Assembly (NCBI GenBank): GCA_017478035.1
Contig: JAFVHA010000129.1
Coordinates: 1 to 44,533 of the forward strand
Origin: Paludibacteraceae bacterium
GTDB lineage: Bacteria > Bacteroidota > Bacteroidia > Bacteroidales > Paludibacteraceae
DNA length: 44,533 bases
Direction: 5' to 3'
Shown: in pieces, positions 37,833 to 44,529 of the stretch
Layout: the number at the start of each line of letters is the position of its first letter
Numbering within the stretch: the first letter of the stretch is position 1
The notes under the pieces: model-generated
What the model was told of the DNA's origin: nothing
The model's database searches: none
What the model saw: the letters and a program-made list of their open reading frames with translations, nothing else
Translations under genes and position numbers: made by a program

Positions 37833-39062
37833 TTAATTATTCAGCAACTGATCTTCGATCAGATACACCTGTTCGATAGGTACGCCGTGATCGACGAGTG
37901 CCCGCCTGTCCGGACGGAAGAGGGCGAAGAATTCCTTGGGTCCCTTGCACATCTGCCGTGCCTGACGATAGTATTCGAAAGCCATCATCCGGTCACCTTG
38001 CAGTAACATACAATGGGCGTAATTGATATAGTCTTTCGGCGACTCGCTGCCTTGGCGCAGCTGGTGCAGCAACCAAGCCGAAGCGGCATCGATATGCTTC
38101 CATATCAGGTCCATCCGGCCGATAGAGAGGTACACGACTGCAATCTGCGCCTCACGCTCCGGCGACTCCCGGATGATGGAATCGTACACCCAGGTCTCCG
38201 GCAGCATCTGGATCAAACCGTCCATATATTCCTGCTCGGAGGACGGAATCCAAGCCATCACGCCTTCTATACTCTGCCGGTCCCCGGTGGTCAGTTCCAG
38301 CAGGTCCTGCAGTTCTTCCGGCAGGTCCTCCACTTTGAGATCACCCGACGCGATATGGTCTCTCCAGTTGGATTTAGAGGAACGGACGAGTGCACATAAG
38401 GTCTGGAAAGCCTGCTCTACGTCGTCACCCATTTCATCCACCGCCATCACAAAAGCCTCTTGCAGCTTCGGGAAGAAATCGATACGCACATCATTATGTG
38501 CGAGCAGGATAAGCACATTTGCCAGGCACTGCTCTGCAACCACCTCATTCTCGCAGTTAATGCCTTCGATGAGCGTAAGAAGAAGCGATTCGTTGAAACA
38601 CTCGCGTATGTTTTTCGCCAACGCAGCGACCGCCATCAATGCGATGGAGGCCCTGTTGGCGTCGGAAAGCACATCCTTCAACCATTCTATATCTTCGTCC
38701 CGGAACTGCAGACAGGAAGAGAAATAACGGATGACAGACTGGGGATTATCCGGATTGAAACCGTGCAGCCTGGGAGACAGTCCGCGATACAGGCGCAAGG
38801 AAGCATAGGAAGCATCGACCAGACGGTACATATCGCCCGTCAAGGCGTCCAAAGTCTCTTCGCGATGCGGATCATCGGAGGTCAGCCATTCATTGAAAAG
38901 AGCATCGTACCGGCTGCGGATATCGTTGAACGCCTGCTCGTAAGGGTTATTTTCCCCTAACTCGTTGAGCCATGCGCGCACGACTACCAGCGCGTGAGAG
39001 ATCATCCGCTCCCCCAACGCCCGTTCAATAGTCAATATCTGATCATCCAGAGTCTGAGCCAA
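37833..39062 (-). CDS. hypothetical alpha-helical protein (TPR-like C-terminus)
   Basis: Long coding-like ORF co-directional with the GT2 gene. The only start at the ORF head is TTG; the next ATG is 19 codons further in. Confidence 0.55.
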   Translation of the reverse strand: MAQTLDDQILTIERALGERMISHALVVVRAWLNELGENNPYEQAFNDIRSRYDALFNEWLTSDDPHREETLDALTGDMYRLVDASYASLRLYRGLSPRLHGFNPDNPQSVIRYFSSCLQFRDEDIEWLKDVLSDANRASIALMAVAALAKNIRECFNESLLLTLIEGINCENEVVAEQCLANVLILLAHNDVRIDFFPKLQEAFVMAVDEMGDDVEQAFQTLCALVRSSKSNWRDHIASGDLKVEDLPEELQDLLELTTGDRQSIEGVMAWIPSSEQEYMDGLIQMLPETWVYDSIIRESPEREAQIAVVYLSIGRMDLIWKHIDAASAWLLHQLRQGSESPKDYINYAHCMLLQGDRMMAFEYYRQARQMCKGPKEFFALFRPDRRALVDHGVPIEQVYLIEDQLLNN

Positions 39063-39075
39063 AATAATTTACAAT

Positions 39076-40041
39076 TTACAGTTCCTCTTTAATGAGGTAA
39101 TCGTTTCGGGACGGAGAATTGCGGATGATAAGTTCGGCGAGGAAGCCGGCCAGGAATAGCATGCAGCCGAGAATCATCATCAGGATGGCAATATGGAAAT
39201 AAGGGTTGACGCCCACCAGCATCGCCGGCACGCCGTGCGAAAGGGCATAAAGCTTCATGCTGCCCACTACAATGACGGCCACGAAACCGATGAAGAACAT
39301 CAGACTGCCCACGAGGCCGAAGAAATGCATCGGTTGTTTGCCAAACTTATTGAGGAACCATATCGTCATGAGGTCCAGATAACCGTTCACGAAACGGTTA
39401 ATACCGAACTTGGAAGTACCGAACTCGCGTTTACGGTGCTGCACCACTTTCTCGCCGATCTTCGTGAATCCGGCGTTCTTGGCGAGGTACGGGATATAAC
39501 GGTGCATCTCGCTGAAGACCTCGATATTCTTCACCACCTCGTTGCGATACGCCTTCAGACCGCAGTTCATGTCATGCAACTGGATGCCGGTGACGCGGCG
39601 TGCGGTGGCGTTGAACAACTTGGACGGGATATTCTTCGTCAGTTTGTTGTCAAACCGTTTCTGTTTCCATCCGCTCACGAGGTCGAATCCGTCCTCTTTG
39701 ATCATTCGGTAGAGTTCGGGTATCTCGTCCGGACTGTCCTGAAGGTCGGCATCCATCGTGATTACCACGTCTCCCTGCGCCGCCTTGAAACCGCAGTACA
39801 GCGCAGCCGACTTGCCGTAGTTCCGACGGAAACAGATACCGCGAACATGCTCGTCCCGTAACCCGTCACCCGTAACCTGTAACCCTCTGATCACGTCCCA
39901 CGACGTGTCAGTTGATCCGTCATTGACAAAAATAACCTCATAGGAGAGCTTATTCTCCTTCATCACGCGTGCGATCCACTCATAGAGTTTCGGCAGCGAC
40001 TCCGCCTCATTATACAGAGGCACTATAACTGATATATCCAT
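39076..40041 (-). CDS. GT2-family polyprenol-phosphate glycosyltransferase (ArnC/GtrB-like)
   Basis: VIVPLYNE, VNDGSTD, NYGKSAAL and DADLQD motifs, plus two C-terminal TM segments. Confidence 0.88.
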   Translation of the reverse strand: MDISVIVPLYNEAESLPKLYEWIARVMKENKLSYEVIFVNDGSTDTSWDVIRGLQVTGDGLRDEHVRGICFRRNYGKSAALYCGFKAAQGDVVITMDADLQDSPDEIPELYRMIKEDGFDLVSGWKQKRFDNKLTKNIPSKLFNATARRVTGIQLHDMNCGLKAYRNEVVKNIEVFSEMHRYIPYLAKNAGFTKIGEKVVQHRKREFGTSKFGINRFVNGYLDLMTIWFLNKFGKQPMHFFGLVGSLMFFIGFVAVIVVGSMKLYALSHGVPAMLVGVNPYFHIAILMMILGCMLFLAGFLAELIIRNSPSRNDYLIKEEL

Positions 40042-40060
40042 AATCAAACCTTTGCGGCTG

Positions 40061-40092
40061 CAAAGGTACTGCTTTTTTTTGACATACGCAAA
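40061..40092 (-). promoter_or_regulatory. Bacteroides-type promoter
   Basis: - strand: TTTGCGTATGTCAAAAAAAAGCAGTACCTTTGCAGCCG. Confidence 0.75.
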
Positions 40093-40139
40093 TAAAATCG
40101 TCTAAAGAGCGTTTTTTGATTGGGAAGAGGGATCGATGG

Positions 40140-41336
40140 TTAGTATAGGAAGCCAACAATCCATAACGGCAGTTTATTGCCATAAGGATAGTCAATATCG
40201 TCCGCCAGTATATATGAGTCAGGCACTCCGGCTATCTGCTTGAAGACCTTACTCGGACCACCTACTTCAAACGTATATTTGCCATCTACTTTGAAATCAC
40301 CTTTCTTCTTCCCATATTCCACTTCGTGTCCTACACATAATTGATTGACGGCGAAAGTCTCGCGCAACGTACCTTCCTTAATAGGATGTGTAGCAAGCGC
40401 ACACAGCATATTTGTATTGTCGATATAGATCTTATCCGGCTTCTGCATCTTCTTGACGTTCAGCAAATCACTATAAAGCAGATTCAACAACCTGGCATCG
40501 TTCAAGAACTTGAGATATGACAAAACAGTTGGCCGCTGCAGCGCGCTTTGTACCGACATCTTGGAAATATCCACTTCGTATGGTTCGCTGGCTGCTAAGA
40601 TATTCATCAGTGCCCGAATCTTCCTTGTATTCTCCAATTCTACCTTGCATATCCGTGGCAACTCTTCCTCTATCACGTACCGCACAACTTTGTTAATCAA
40701 TGCGTAGTACTCCACGGGATTATTCTTGTAATATGGATAATAGCCGTATTTGAGGTATTTATCGAAATAGGCCATCGGCTTGCAGTGCTTGTAGATTTGT
40801 TCGATGAATGAGTGCAAATCCTTGAAGTCCTCTAACGAACAAGTAGGCAAGTCTATTCCTTCGTAGAACTGAAGATATTCCCGAAAACTAAGTCCCGGAA
40901 TGTCATAGTCCATACACCGCCGCGACAAGTCCGCTTCACCTTTTGTAAGCTCCAGCAACGAACTGCCGCTGATGACCACTTTTAGATCCGGATAATAATC
41001 ATTGATCTCCTTAATCTCCCTGCCCCAATTGAGATATTTGTGTATCTCATCCAAGAATAGGTGTTTGCCGCCCATCCGATAGAATTGCTCTGCCAAATCC
41101 AAAATGGAATGATCCACAAAATAATTGGCATCCAATGAACAATACAATGCCGTTTGATCCTTCTTCGCGTAATGATTCCGGATGTACTGCCGTATAATAG
41201 TCGATTTACCGACACCGCGTGCACCGCGGATAGCAATCAACTGCTGATCCCAATTGATTTTAGATGCACATTGCCGCACAATCTTCATTGGCGTCAAGTT
41301 CAATAACTGTGCTTGAAGTTGAAATAACCGTTGCAT
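40140..41336 (-). CDS. AAA+ ATPase with DUF4143-type C-terminal domain
   Basis: Walker A GARGVGKST, Walker B LFLDEIH, about 400 aa. Sampled lines are A+T-richer than neighbouring genes. Confidence 0.75.
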   Translation of the reverse strand: MQRLFQLQAQLLNLTPMKIVRQCASKINWDQQLIAIRGARGVGKSTIIRQYIRNHYAKKDQTALYCSLDANYFVDHSILDLAEQFYRMGGKHLFLDEIHKYLNWGREIKEINDYYPDLKVVISGSSLLELTKGEADLSRRCMDYDIPGLSFREYLQFYEGIDLPTCSLEDFKDLHSFIEQIYKHCKPMAYFDKYLKYGYYPYYKNNPVEYYALINKVVRYVIEEELPRICKVELENTRKIRALMNILAASEPYEVDISKMSVQSALQRPTVLSYLKFLNDARLLNLLYSDLLNVKKMQKPDKIYIDNTNMLCALATHPIKEGTLRETFAVNQLCVGHEVEYGKKKGDFKVDGKYTFEVGGPSKVFKQIAGVPDSYILADDIDYPYGNKLPLWIVGFLY

Positions 41337-41410
41337 ATCCGTCCTTTCGTGTATTGGTAATTATACAAATTTAATCATATTTTGTATAGTCCATTATACA
41401 AAATCAGCTG

Positions 41411-41442
41411 CAAAGGTACTGCTTTTTTTTTATATATGCAAA
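41411..41442 (-). promoter_or_regulatory. Bacteroides-type promoter for the ATPase gene
   Basis: - strand: TTTGCATATATAAAAAAAAAGCAGTACCTTTGCAGCTG. Confidence 0.75.
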
Positions 41443-41454
41443 TAAAAGTAGAAC

Positions 41455-41491
41455 TTTTTTAGTTTAGAGTTGAGAGATGAGAGTTTTGAGA
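41455..41491. repeat. TTTAGAG/TTGAGAG word array
   Basis: TTTTTTAGTTTAGAGTTGAGAGATGAGAGTTTTGAGA. Same family and same flanks as 22706-22774. Confidence 0.85.
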
Positions 41492-41520
41492 TAAAAAAAG
41501 CCTCCCCGAAGGGAGACTTT
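41492..41520 (-). terminator. rho-independent terminator ending the small-ORF island
   Basis: - strand: AAAGTCTCCC-ttcg-GGGAGGCTTTTTTT. Confidence 0.8.
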
Positions 41521-41522
41521 GA

Positions 41523-41562
41523 GCCAATAGCCAATAGCCAATGGCTAATAGCCGCTTTAGCC
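41523..41562. repeat. tandem 7-nt word GCCAATA
   Basis: GCCAATA GCCAATA GCCAATG GCTAATA GCCGCTTTAGCC. Overlaps the stop of the 41557 gene. Confidence 0.9.
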
Positions 41563-41943
41563 TTGTGGATGCGCGGCGTCGTACGTGGCCATCTCGAGGC
41601 TCCACAGGTACTTTTTCATGGTCTTCTTGCCGCCCGGTTGGTCTTTCTGGGCATTGAAGGCAATCTGATCCTGGGTCATCTGCGTCAGGTCCTGTGCACG
41701 GGCCGCTACTGCGGTAGCTACGGCCGTGAAGCGGTTGCGGATATCGCGCTCGTGAGCGGAGATCGGCGTGCTGCGTTTCACTTGCTTGCGCAGGTAAAGA
41801 CGGTTACACTTCGGGTTGGTGGTCGCTGCTACACGATGCGTGCCGAGCAACATCTTTTCACAACTGTGTTGGGGATTCGATCCCGGTTTGCTCAATGCGC
41901 CGGATACGCTGTCTATTCCGGCACTCCATACTACATTTGCCAT
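41557..41943 (-). CDS. small protein, paralog family member 1 (128 aa)
   Basis: Starts MANVVWSAGIDSVSGAL. Shares this N-terminal motif with 42343, 43766 and (weakly) 41997, and an Ala-rich C-terminal segment with 41997. Confidence 0.6.
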   Translation of the reverse strand: MANVVWSAGIDSVSGALSKPGSNPQHSCEKMLLGTHRVAATTNPKCNRLYLRKQVKRSTPISAHERDIRNRFTAVATAVAARAQDLTQMTQDQIAFNAQKDQPGGKKTMKKYLWSLEMATYDAAHPQG

Positions 41944-41989
41944 AATCTTTAATCTCTAAACGTTAAACTTTCAACTGTCAACTCTCACC
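41944..41989. repeat. TAA-bearing 7-nt words
   Basis: AATCTTTAATCTCTAAACGTTAAACTTTCAACTGTCAACTC. TAA recurs at 7-nt steps. Confidence 0.8.
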
Positions 41990-41996
41990 TGCCGAA

Positions 41997-42314
41997 TTAG
42001 TTAAAATTCGGCTTCACGTACTTCTGTGCGACGGTGTACGCGAACAAACTCGTGTACTTCGATTGCGCAGCAAAACCTGCTTCGAGTGTCGCGCGTTCGG
42101 TCGGGTCTGCAAGGGCAGTCTTGGCGGCTTGCGCTGCAGTTTTCAGTGCATTCTGGCACTGTACGTTCTTCGTGTGCTTCGCCTTGCTCGGGTTGATTAA
42201 GTCAACACCTAACTGCTCTTTCTTGCACGGACAGCCTTTGAAATACAGGCTCTCCGACTTGTTGAATTTGCCCCTTACCCGGGCAAACATGCCATGTAAT
42301 GTAATCTTAGCCAT
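41997..42314 (-). CDS. small basic protein, paralog family member 2 (105 aa)
   Basis: Starts MAKITLHGMFARVRGKF. C-terminal A-x-A...DPT...F-AAQ-K segment resembles that of 41557. Confidence 0.55.
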   Translation of the reverse strand: MAKITLHGMFARVRGKFNKSESLYFKGCPCKKEQLGVDLINPSKAKHTKNVQCQNALKTAAQAAKTALADPTERATLEAGFAAQSKYTSLFAYTVAQKYVKPNFN

Positions 42315-42315
42315 T

Positions 42316-42357
42316 GCGTTAATTCATTAATTCGTTAAACGTTCATTCGTTAAACGG
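42316..42357. repeat. TTAATTC / GTTAAACG words
   Basis: GCGTTAATTCATTAATTCGTTAAACGTTCATTCGTTAAACGG. Confidence 0.8.
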
Positions 42358-42606
42358 CAGTTCCAACTGCCCTTTCATCGTGCGTTCGAGGAACGCGAGG
42401 TGCTTCTGACGACCAAAGAGGTCGGCGAAGACGATACGGGTGTGTTGTTCGGCGGCGGTGGGAGTATGACCCGATCGGTCGGGACGGGCTTGAACGATAT
42501 GCATCACGCCGTCTTTGCTTGGATAGCGGCGGATATAGAAAGGGTCTGTTCCCATCAGAATGCCGGTCACGGACTCAATCCCCGGGTCAAACTCTACCTT
42601 TGCCAT
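42343..42606 (-). CDS. small protein, paralog family member 3 (87 aa)
   Basis: Starts MAKVEFDPGIESVTGIL. Confidence 0.55.
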   Translation of the reverse strand: MAKVEFDPGIESVTGILMGTDPFYIRRYPSKDGVMHIVQARPDRSGHTPTAAEQHTRIVFADLFGRQKHLAFLERTMKGQLELPFNE

Positions 42607-42610
42607 AATT

Positions 42611-42660
42611 GGGGTCCTCGAAAATTTTTAATTTTTGGGGAGAGCGAGAGCCTAACGTAG
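42611..42660 (-). other. GGGG/CCCC-clamped hairpin motif, copy A
   Basis: GGGGTCCTCGAAAATTTTTAATTTTTGGGGAGAGCG..CGTAG. 10-bp stem, 42616-42625 paired with 42631-42640. Ends 4 nt from the ATG at 42606. Confidence 0.7.
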
Positions 42661-42694
42661 TGCTATACAAGGGCTGTGCCCGTAGTCGCACGAG

Positions 42695-42859
42695 TTAGAG
42701 CTTGCGCGATGCATCATAACTCTCGATGGTCTTGGTCTGAATCGTGACGGACGTGTCACCGCGTTGGTAAAACTCCGACCGGTTGGTGATGGTGCGTACC
42801 ACATTGCACGAACTCAGTCCCACCCCCGCTATTACAATAATGGTAATCGTTATTACCAT
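42695..42859 (-). CDS. 54-aa putative lipoprotein
   Basis: MVITITIIVIAGVGLSSC has a lipobox. Short start preferred because hairpin copy B and word repeats fill the upstream part of the 111-aa ORF, which starts with TTG. Confidence 0.45.
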   Translation of the reverse strand: MVITITIIVIAGVGLSSCNVVRTITNRSEFYQRGDTSVTIQTKTIESYDASRKL

Positions 42860-42900
42860 GGGGCCCCCGAAAATTTTACATTTTTGGGGAAAGCGTAGGG
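42860..42900 (-). other. GGGG/CCCC-clamped hairpin motif, copy B
   Basis: GGGGCCCCCGAAAATTTTACATTTTTGGGGAAAGCGTAGGG. 10-bp stem, 42865-42874 paired with 42880-42889. Abuts the ATG at 42859. Confidence 0.7.
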
Positions 42901-43037
42901 CAAGGCGAAAGATCCCATGAGCGACGTGGTCGCGAATCGTTCTGAGCCTTAGCCTAAGCGTGGAGATGATGATTTTGATGATTTGTTGCTTGTTCATAAC
43001 TGTTGTGATTTTTTGTTCGACGAGGGACAATATAAAT

Positions 43038-43060
43038 AGTGGGGCGAAAGTTGCCCCACT
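43038..43060 (-). terminator. hairpin, possible terminator after the 43097 gene
   Basis: AGTGGGGC-gaaagtt-GCCCCACT, a perfect 8-bp stem. On the - strand it is followed by ATTTATATT. Confidence 0.5.
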
Positions 43061-43096
43061 TTGCTACAGAAATACGTGTAATTTTTTTTACTTGTT

Positions 43097-43399
43097 TCAA
43101 ATTTGGTCGGAATTTGTCACCTCTAAACGTATCTCTTCACGCGTTGATTGAATGACTTGGAGATAGGCTTCGACTTCTCTTCGAGTTTGACGATTAGGCC
43201 ATAGCCATTGTGTTCGTTTTCCTTGAAGCCATATCCCTGAATGGGGAATGGTAACGCGATAGATGAGTTCAAGCGGTACTTCGTCGAGCGGGAGGTAGAC
43301 TTCCGCCAACTTTTTGTCACCGAAGATATGGTTTGTTTCTATCAGTACGGCATGTACGCCGTAACGTGTCTCTTTCGTTTTAATAAGAGTTAGTAACAT
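43097..43399 (-). CDS. hypothetical protein (100 aa)
   Basis: ATG 43399 is preceded by an A-rich leader. The longer GTG-initiated ORF would read through hairpin copy C. Confidence 0.5.
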   Translation of the reverse strand: MLLTLIKTKETRYGVHAVLIETNHIFGDKKLAEVYLPLDEVPLELIYRVTIPHSGIWLQGKRTQWLWPNRQTRREVEAYLQVIQSTREEIRLEVTNSDQI

Positions 43400-43420
43400 G
43401 TCTTTTATCTTTTCTTTTTT

Positions 43421-43480
43421 AGGGTCCCCGATGTAACTCGTAGAGTTGCAGTGGGGAAAGCGTAGATCAAAACGTAGGCG
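43421..43480 (-). other. GGGG/CCCC-clamped hairpin motif, copy C
   Basis: AGGGTCCCCG-ATGTAACTCGTAGAGTTGCAG-TGGGGAAAGCGTAG. Same flanks as copy B but a different inner stem (TGTAACTC/GAGTTGCA). Confidence 0.65.
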
Positions 43481-43520
43481 TAATCGAGCGGCTGGGCTGC
43501 GAGTCACGCGCAGTTTTAGA

Positions 43521-43706
43521 TCAAGCTATGTCAATAACATAATGCTCACAAATTATTTTTACCAGTTGCCCGGGTAGTTTGTATTTTTTACTTAGTGGAT
43601 ATTTCGCCAACTGCTCTTGCATGTACGGTTCTTCTAACCAGCGGCGGAGAGTCCACCTGCTCACCCCTGCGTAGCGTGCCAATTGGCTTTTGGTCATTGC
43701 TCTCAT
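43521..43706 (-). CDS. small helix-turn-helix protein (DUF4248-like / excisionase-like)
   Basis: TKSQLARYAGVSRWTLRRWL HTH segment, about 61 aa. ATG at 43706 or 43697. Confidence 0.5.
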   Translation of the reverse strand: MRAMTKSQLARYAGVSRWTLRRWLEEPYMQEQLAKYPLSKKYKLPGQLVKIICEHYVIDIA

Positions 43707-43765
43707 AATCAATCTGTACTCAGTATTCTGTATTCTGTCAGTGCAACGATCCTACAACGCGACCA

Positions 43766-43945
43766 TCACGGGACCATCTCCCAAGATTGTCCCGAGGACG
43801 ATACAGGCGGATACCAAGTACGCTTGTAGATTGTTCCCCTCTTGGTTGCAACGATGGTTTCCACATGTCCGTCGGAGAACCGTTTGCGGCTGATGACGCC
43901 CGAGATGGATTTAAACGGTGCGTCTAATGTATAATGAAGTGCCAT
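43766..43945 (-). CDS. 59-aa ORF absent from the ORF track, paralog family member 4
   Basis: Hand translation: MALHYTLDAPFKSISGVISRKRFSDGHVETIVATKRGTIYKRTWYPPVSSSGQSWEMVP. Shares the MA...[GP][IF]xS[VI][ST]Gx[LI] motif. Confidence 0.5.
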   Translation of the reverse strand: MALHYTLDAPFKSISGVISRKRFSDGHVETIVATKRGTIYKRTWYPPVSSSGQSWEMVP

Positions 43946-43957
43946 AATCTTTAAACT

Positions 43958-44281
43958 TTAATCTTTAACATAAATCACTTTGTTGCCGGTGGGGTTTTCC
44001 ATGTGCCAGCCATCATGCGGTTCGGTGGTGCCGTAACGGGCGTAATAGTCGGCGTAGGAAAGGGTTTGGCGGCGTGCCTTTCGCAGGTTCTCTTTGATGG
44101 CGCGTATTGGGTCGTATTGAACGAACTTATCTTCCCGTAATTTAGTACTGATGGTGGTAAAGACCTGACGTTGTTGTTCGGGTGATAACGTCGCCCAATA
44201 ACGTCGTGTTCCTTCCTCCTTCTTTGCACTCGCACCATGGTCATAGAGCATTGCCCATAGGGCATTAAATAAATCTTCCAT
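43958..44281 (-). CDS. hypothetical protein (107 aa from ATG 44281)
   Basis: MEDLFNALWAMLYDHG... First gene of the island within this window. No family recognised. Confidence 0.5.
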   Translation of the reverse strand: MEDLFNALWAMLYDHGASAKKEEGTRRYWATLSPEQQRQVFTTISTKLREDKFVQYDPIRAIKENLRKARRQTLSYADYYARYGTTEPHDGWHMENPTGNKVIYVKD

Positions 44282-44292
44282 AAAATAAAGTT

Positions 44293-44335
44293 GGTGGTGG
44301 TAAGGTAATAGCATTGTATACACTCTACCACCACC
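44293..44335. other. perfect 10-bp inverted repeat
   Basis: GGTGGTGGTA-N23-TACCACCACC, 12 nt upstream of the ATG at 44281. Confidence 0.8.
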
Positions 44336-44467
44336 TTCACCTTTTTTCTTTTATAATTTTCTTTGGTTACTTTCTTTTATCGCTTTCTTTTGCAAGCTGT
44401 GAGGTTATAAGTCCCTCCCTTGGACGTTTATAGCCTTCGCTCTGCGAGCGATATAGTATGTACCCGG

Positions 44468-44529
44468 CTGGAACATTCTTTTGCGGTTGGGGTCCGCAAA
44501 AGCATGAACGGGGGACACCGTGGTTCCAG
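44468..44529. other. nested stem structure at the window edge
   Basis: Outer CTGGAAC (44468-44474) pairs with GTTCCAG (44523-44529). Inner CTTTTGCGG-ttggggt-CCGCAAAAG at 44478-44502. Confidence 0.6.

Noticed and set aside
42860-43030. Long (111 aa, TTG start) version of the 42695 ORF, and long (136 aa, GTG start) version of the 43097 ORF
   Set aside because: The extra N-terminal parts would be encoded by hairpin motif copies B and C and by TGATT-type word repeats, which elsewhere are strictly non-coding. I kept this as an explicit alternative because the evidence is indirect.
43690-43893. 67-aa + strand ORF
   Set aside because: It is antisense to the 59-aa - strand ORF that carries the paralog-family motif. 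All neighbouring genes are on the - strand.
41557-44340. Calling the small-ORF island a prophage, ICE or defence system
   Set aside because: No integrase, recombinase, capsid, terminase, primase, nuclease or toxin signature is visible, and no flanking direct repeats were identified. Only an HTH protein and unknown small ORFs are present, so it is reported as unclassified.
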